From NCBI GenBank assembly GCA_019844455.1, contig GCA_019844455.1_3938.1: a DNA stretch of 51,650 nt; one strand, 5' to 3'. Source of the DNA: a phage. The position numbers and the translations under genes were made by a program. The notes beneath the pieces were generated by a model. The model saw nothing but the letters and a program-made list of their open reading frames with translations. It did not search any database and was not told the DNA's origin. The number at the start of each line of letters is the position of its first letter. The first letter of the stretch is position 1. Below are positions 50,302 to 51,650 of this stretch, in pieces.

Positions 50302-51650
50302 ATGACTAAATCACTTTATGCAGTACCAGCAGGTTTAAACGCAGATGCTTACAAATCTGGTCATGTTTACCAGTACCCTAGTGCAACAGAGTACTTGATG
50401 TTCAACCTGACACCACGTAGTGATAAATGGTTTAACAGCCCTTTAGCAATTGACGGTGTAGTGGCTTTTGGTATTCAACGTTTTGTTAAAGATTACTTGA
50501 TAGACCACTGGAATGCCACTTTCTTTGAACGTGATAAAAAAGAAGCCATTGATGAAATCTTAGAAGTCATGAATGGTGTTCTGGGTAAAGATGCTATCGG
50601 TCGAGAGCATTGGGAAGCACTTCACGACTTAGGTTATCTACCAGTTGAAGTATACGCTGTAGAAGAAGGTACAGTTGTTCCTATGCGTGTACCAATGATT
50701 GTCTTCCAGAACACTGTTTCAGGTTTCCATTGGGTAGCGGGATATCTGGAAGATGCTTTCTCTGCTGAGATTTGGAAGGCTTGTACCATTGCAACTATTG
50801 CATTGCATTATAAACGCATCTGTAAGAAGTGGGCTGACCTTACTTGCGACAATGACTTACATTTACCTTATCAGTGCCATGACTTTGCTATGCGTGGTAT
50901 GTCCGGCTTTACTGATGACGCATTTAACGCTGTAGGCCACTTAACCAGCTTTAAAGGGACTGATAGCTTCCCCGCTGTATATACAGCTAAACGCATCTAC
51001 GGACAGTCTTACCCAGTCTCTGATATTGGTGGTTCTGTACCAGCCACTGAACATTCTGTAATGTGTGCAAACATTGCTTGGGAAGGTGGTAACGAGTTGA
51101 TTGAAGAAGAAAGACGCTTTAAAGGTGAGTTACAAACCTTCCGTCGTTTCTTAACAGAAACTTACCCAACTGGTATTGCAAGTGTTGTTTCAGATACTTA
51201 TAACTTCTGGAGAACTGTATCAGTCATATTGCCAGAACTCCGTAAAGAGATTATGGAACGTGATGGCAAACTGGTAATTCGTCCTGATTCTGGAGACCCT
51301 GTACATATTGTCACAGGATACAAAGCAATCCATTTAGAGTGTGCTAAAAAGGCTTATTACGAACACCTAAGTAAGCTGGAAGCCAGCGACACAATGCTGA
51401 ATGCTGTTCTGAACATGAAGCTTGAAAACATCAATTATGGTATTGCTGGATGGCTACTGTCAGAAGGTTACGAAATGGTTGTTGACAGAGAAGACTTTGA
51501 AGTTGCTGATACAGTGCTGTTGAAAAATGCTTATATGGTTGGTTCTGCAAACGTTGTAACACGTCCTGTAGCAGAGATTGATGGAGCTATTAAGACCCTG
51601 TATAACATCTTCGGAGGGACTATCAACTCCAAAGGTTTTAAGGTACTGGA
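50302..51650 (+). CDS. nadV: nicotinamide phosphoribosyltransferase family protein (NAMPT/NadV-like), 3' end beyond window
   Basis: DAYKSGHVYQYP, FAMRGMSG, SFKGTDSFP, SVPATEHS, VVSDTYNFW, IRPDSGDP match conserved NAMPT segments; frame open to window end. Confidence 0.8.
   Translation, partial: MTKSLYAVPAGLNADAYKSGHVYQYPSATEYLMFNLTPRSDKWFNSPLAIDGVVAFGIQRFVKDYLIDHWNATFFERDKKEAIDEILEVMNGVLGKDAIGREHWEALHDLGYLPVEVYAVEEGTVVPMRVPMIVFQNTVSGFHWVAGYLEDAFSAEIWKACTIATIALHYKRICKKWADLTCDNDLHLPYQCHDFAMRGMSGFTDDAFNAVGHLTSFKGTDSFPAVYTAKRIYGQSYPVSDIGGSVPATEHSVMCANIAWEGGNELIEEERRFKGELQTFRRFLTETYPTGIASVVSDTYNFWRTVSVILPELRKEIMERDGKLVIRPDSGDPVHIVTGYKAIHLECAKKAYYEHLSKLEASDTMLNAVLNMKLENINYGIAGWLLSEGYEMVVDREDFEVADTVLLKNAYMVGSANVVTRPVAEIDGAIKTLYNIFGGTINSKGFKVL

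Overview
This window reads as about 51.6 kb of a virulent, AT-rich, contractile-tailed dsDNA phage; no integrase, tRNA or CRISPR array was seen. Gene content and order are reminiscent of Felix O1-like myoviruses, but this is from memory and not verified by search. Layout: (i) 1-21421, plus strand, late structural operon: putative portal 3' end, S49-family head protease fused to scaffold, decoration protein, lambda-E-like major capsid, connector genes, sheath, tube, chaperones, tape measure, Mu/P2-like baseplate, and two tail-fibre genes with His-rich HxH tips. (ii) 21458-30968, minus strand: thymidylate synthase, DHFR, a run of small accessory genes (zinc ribbons, XRE HTH, secreted protein, lipoprotein), ATP-dependent DNA ligase, an HNH-AP2 homing endonuclease and a family A DNA polymerase. 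(iii) 31226-51650, plus strand: early/replication and nucleotide-metabolism genes (dNMP kinase, T7 gp4-like primase-helicase, putative SSB, 5'-3' exonuclease, GIY-YIG nuclease, MazG-like protein, nrdA, nrdB, glutaredoxin, nrdD, nrdG). The most interesting signal is at the 3' end: a PRPP-synthetase-like gene directly followed by a NAMPT-like gene (runs off the window), a candidate NAD+ reconstitution counter-defence module. All calls are from reading the translated ORFs and the nucleotide sequence by eye; no searches or folding were run.
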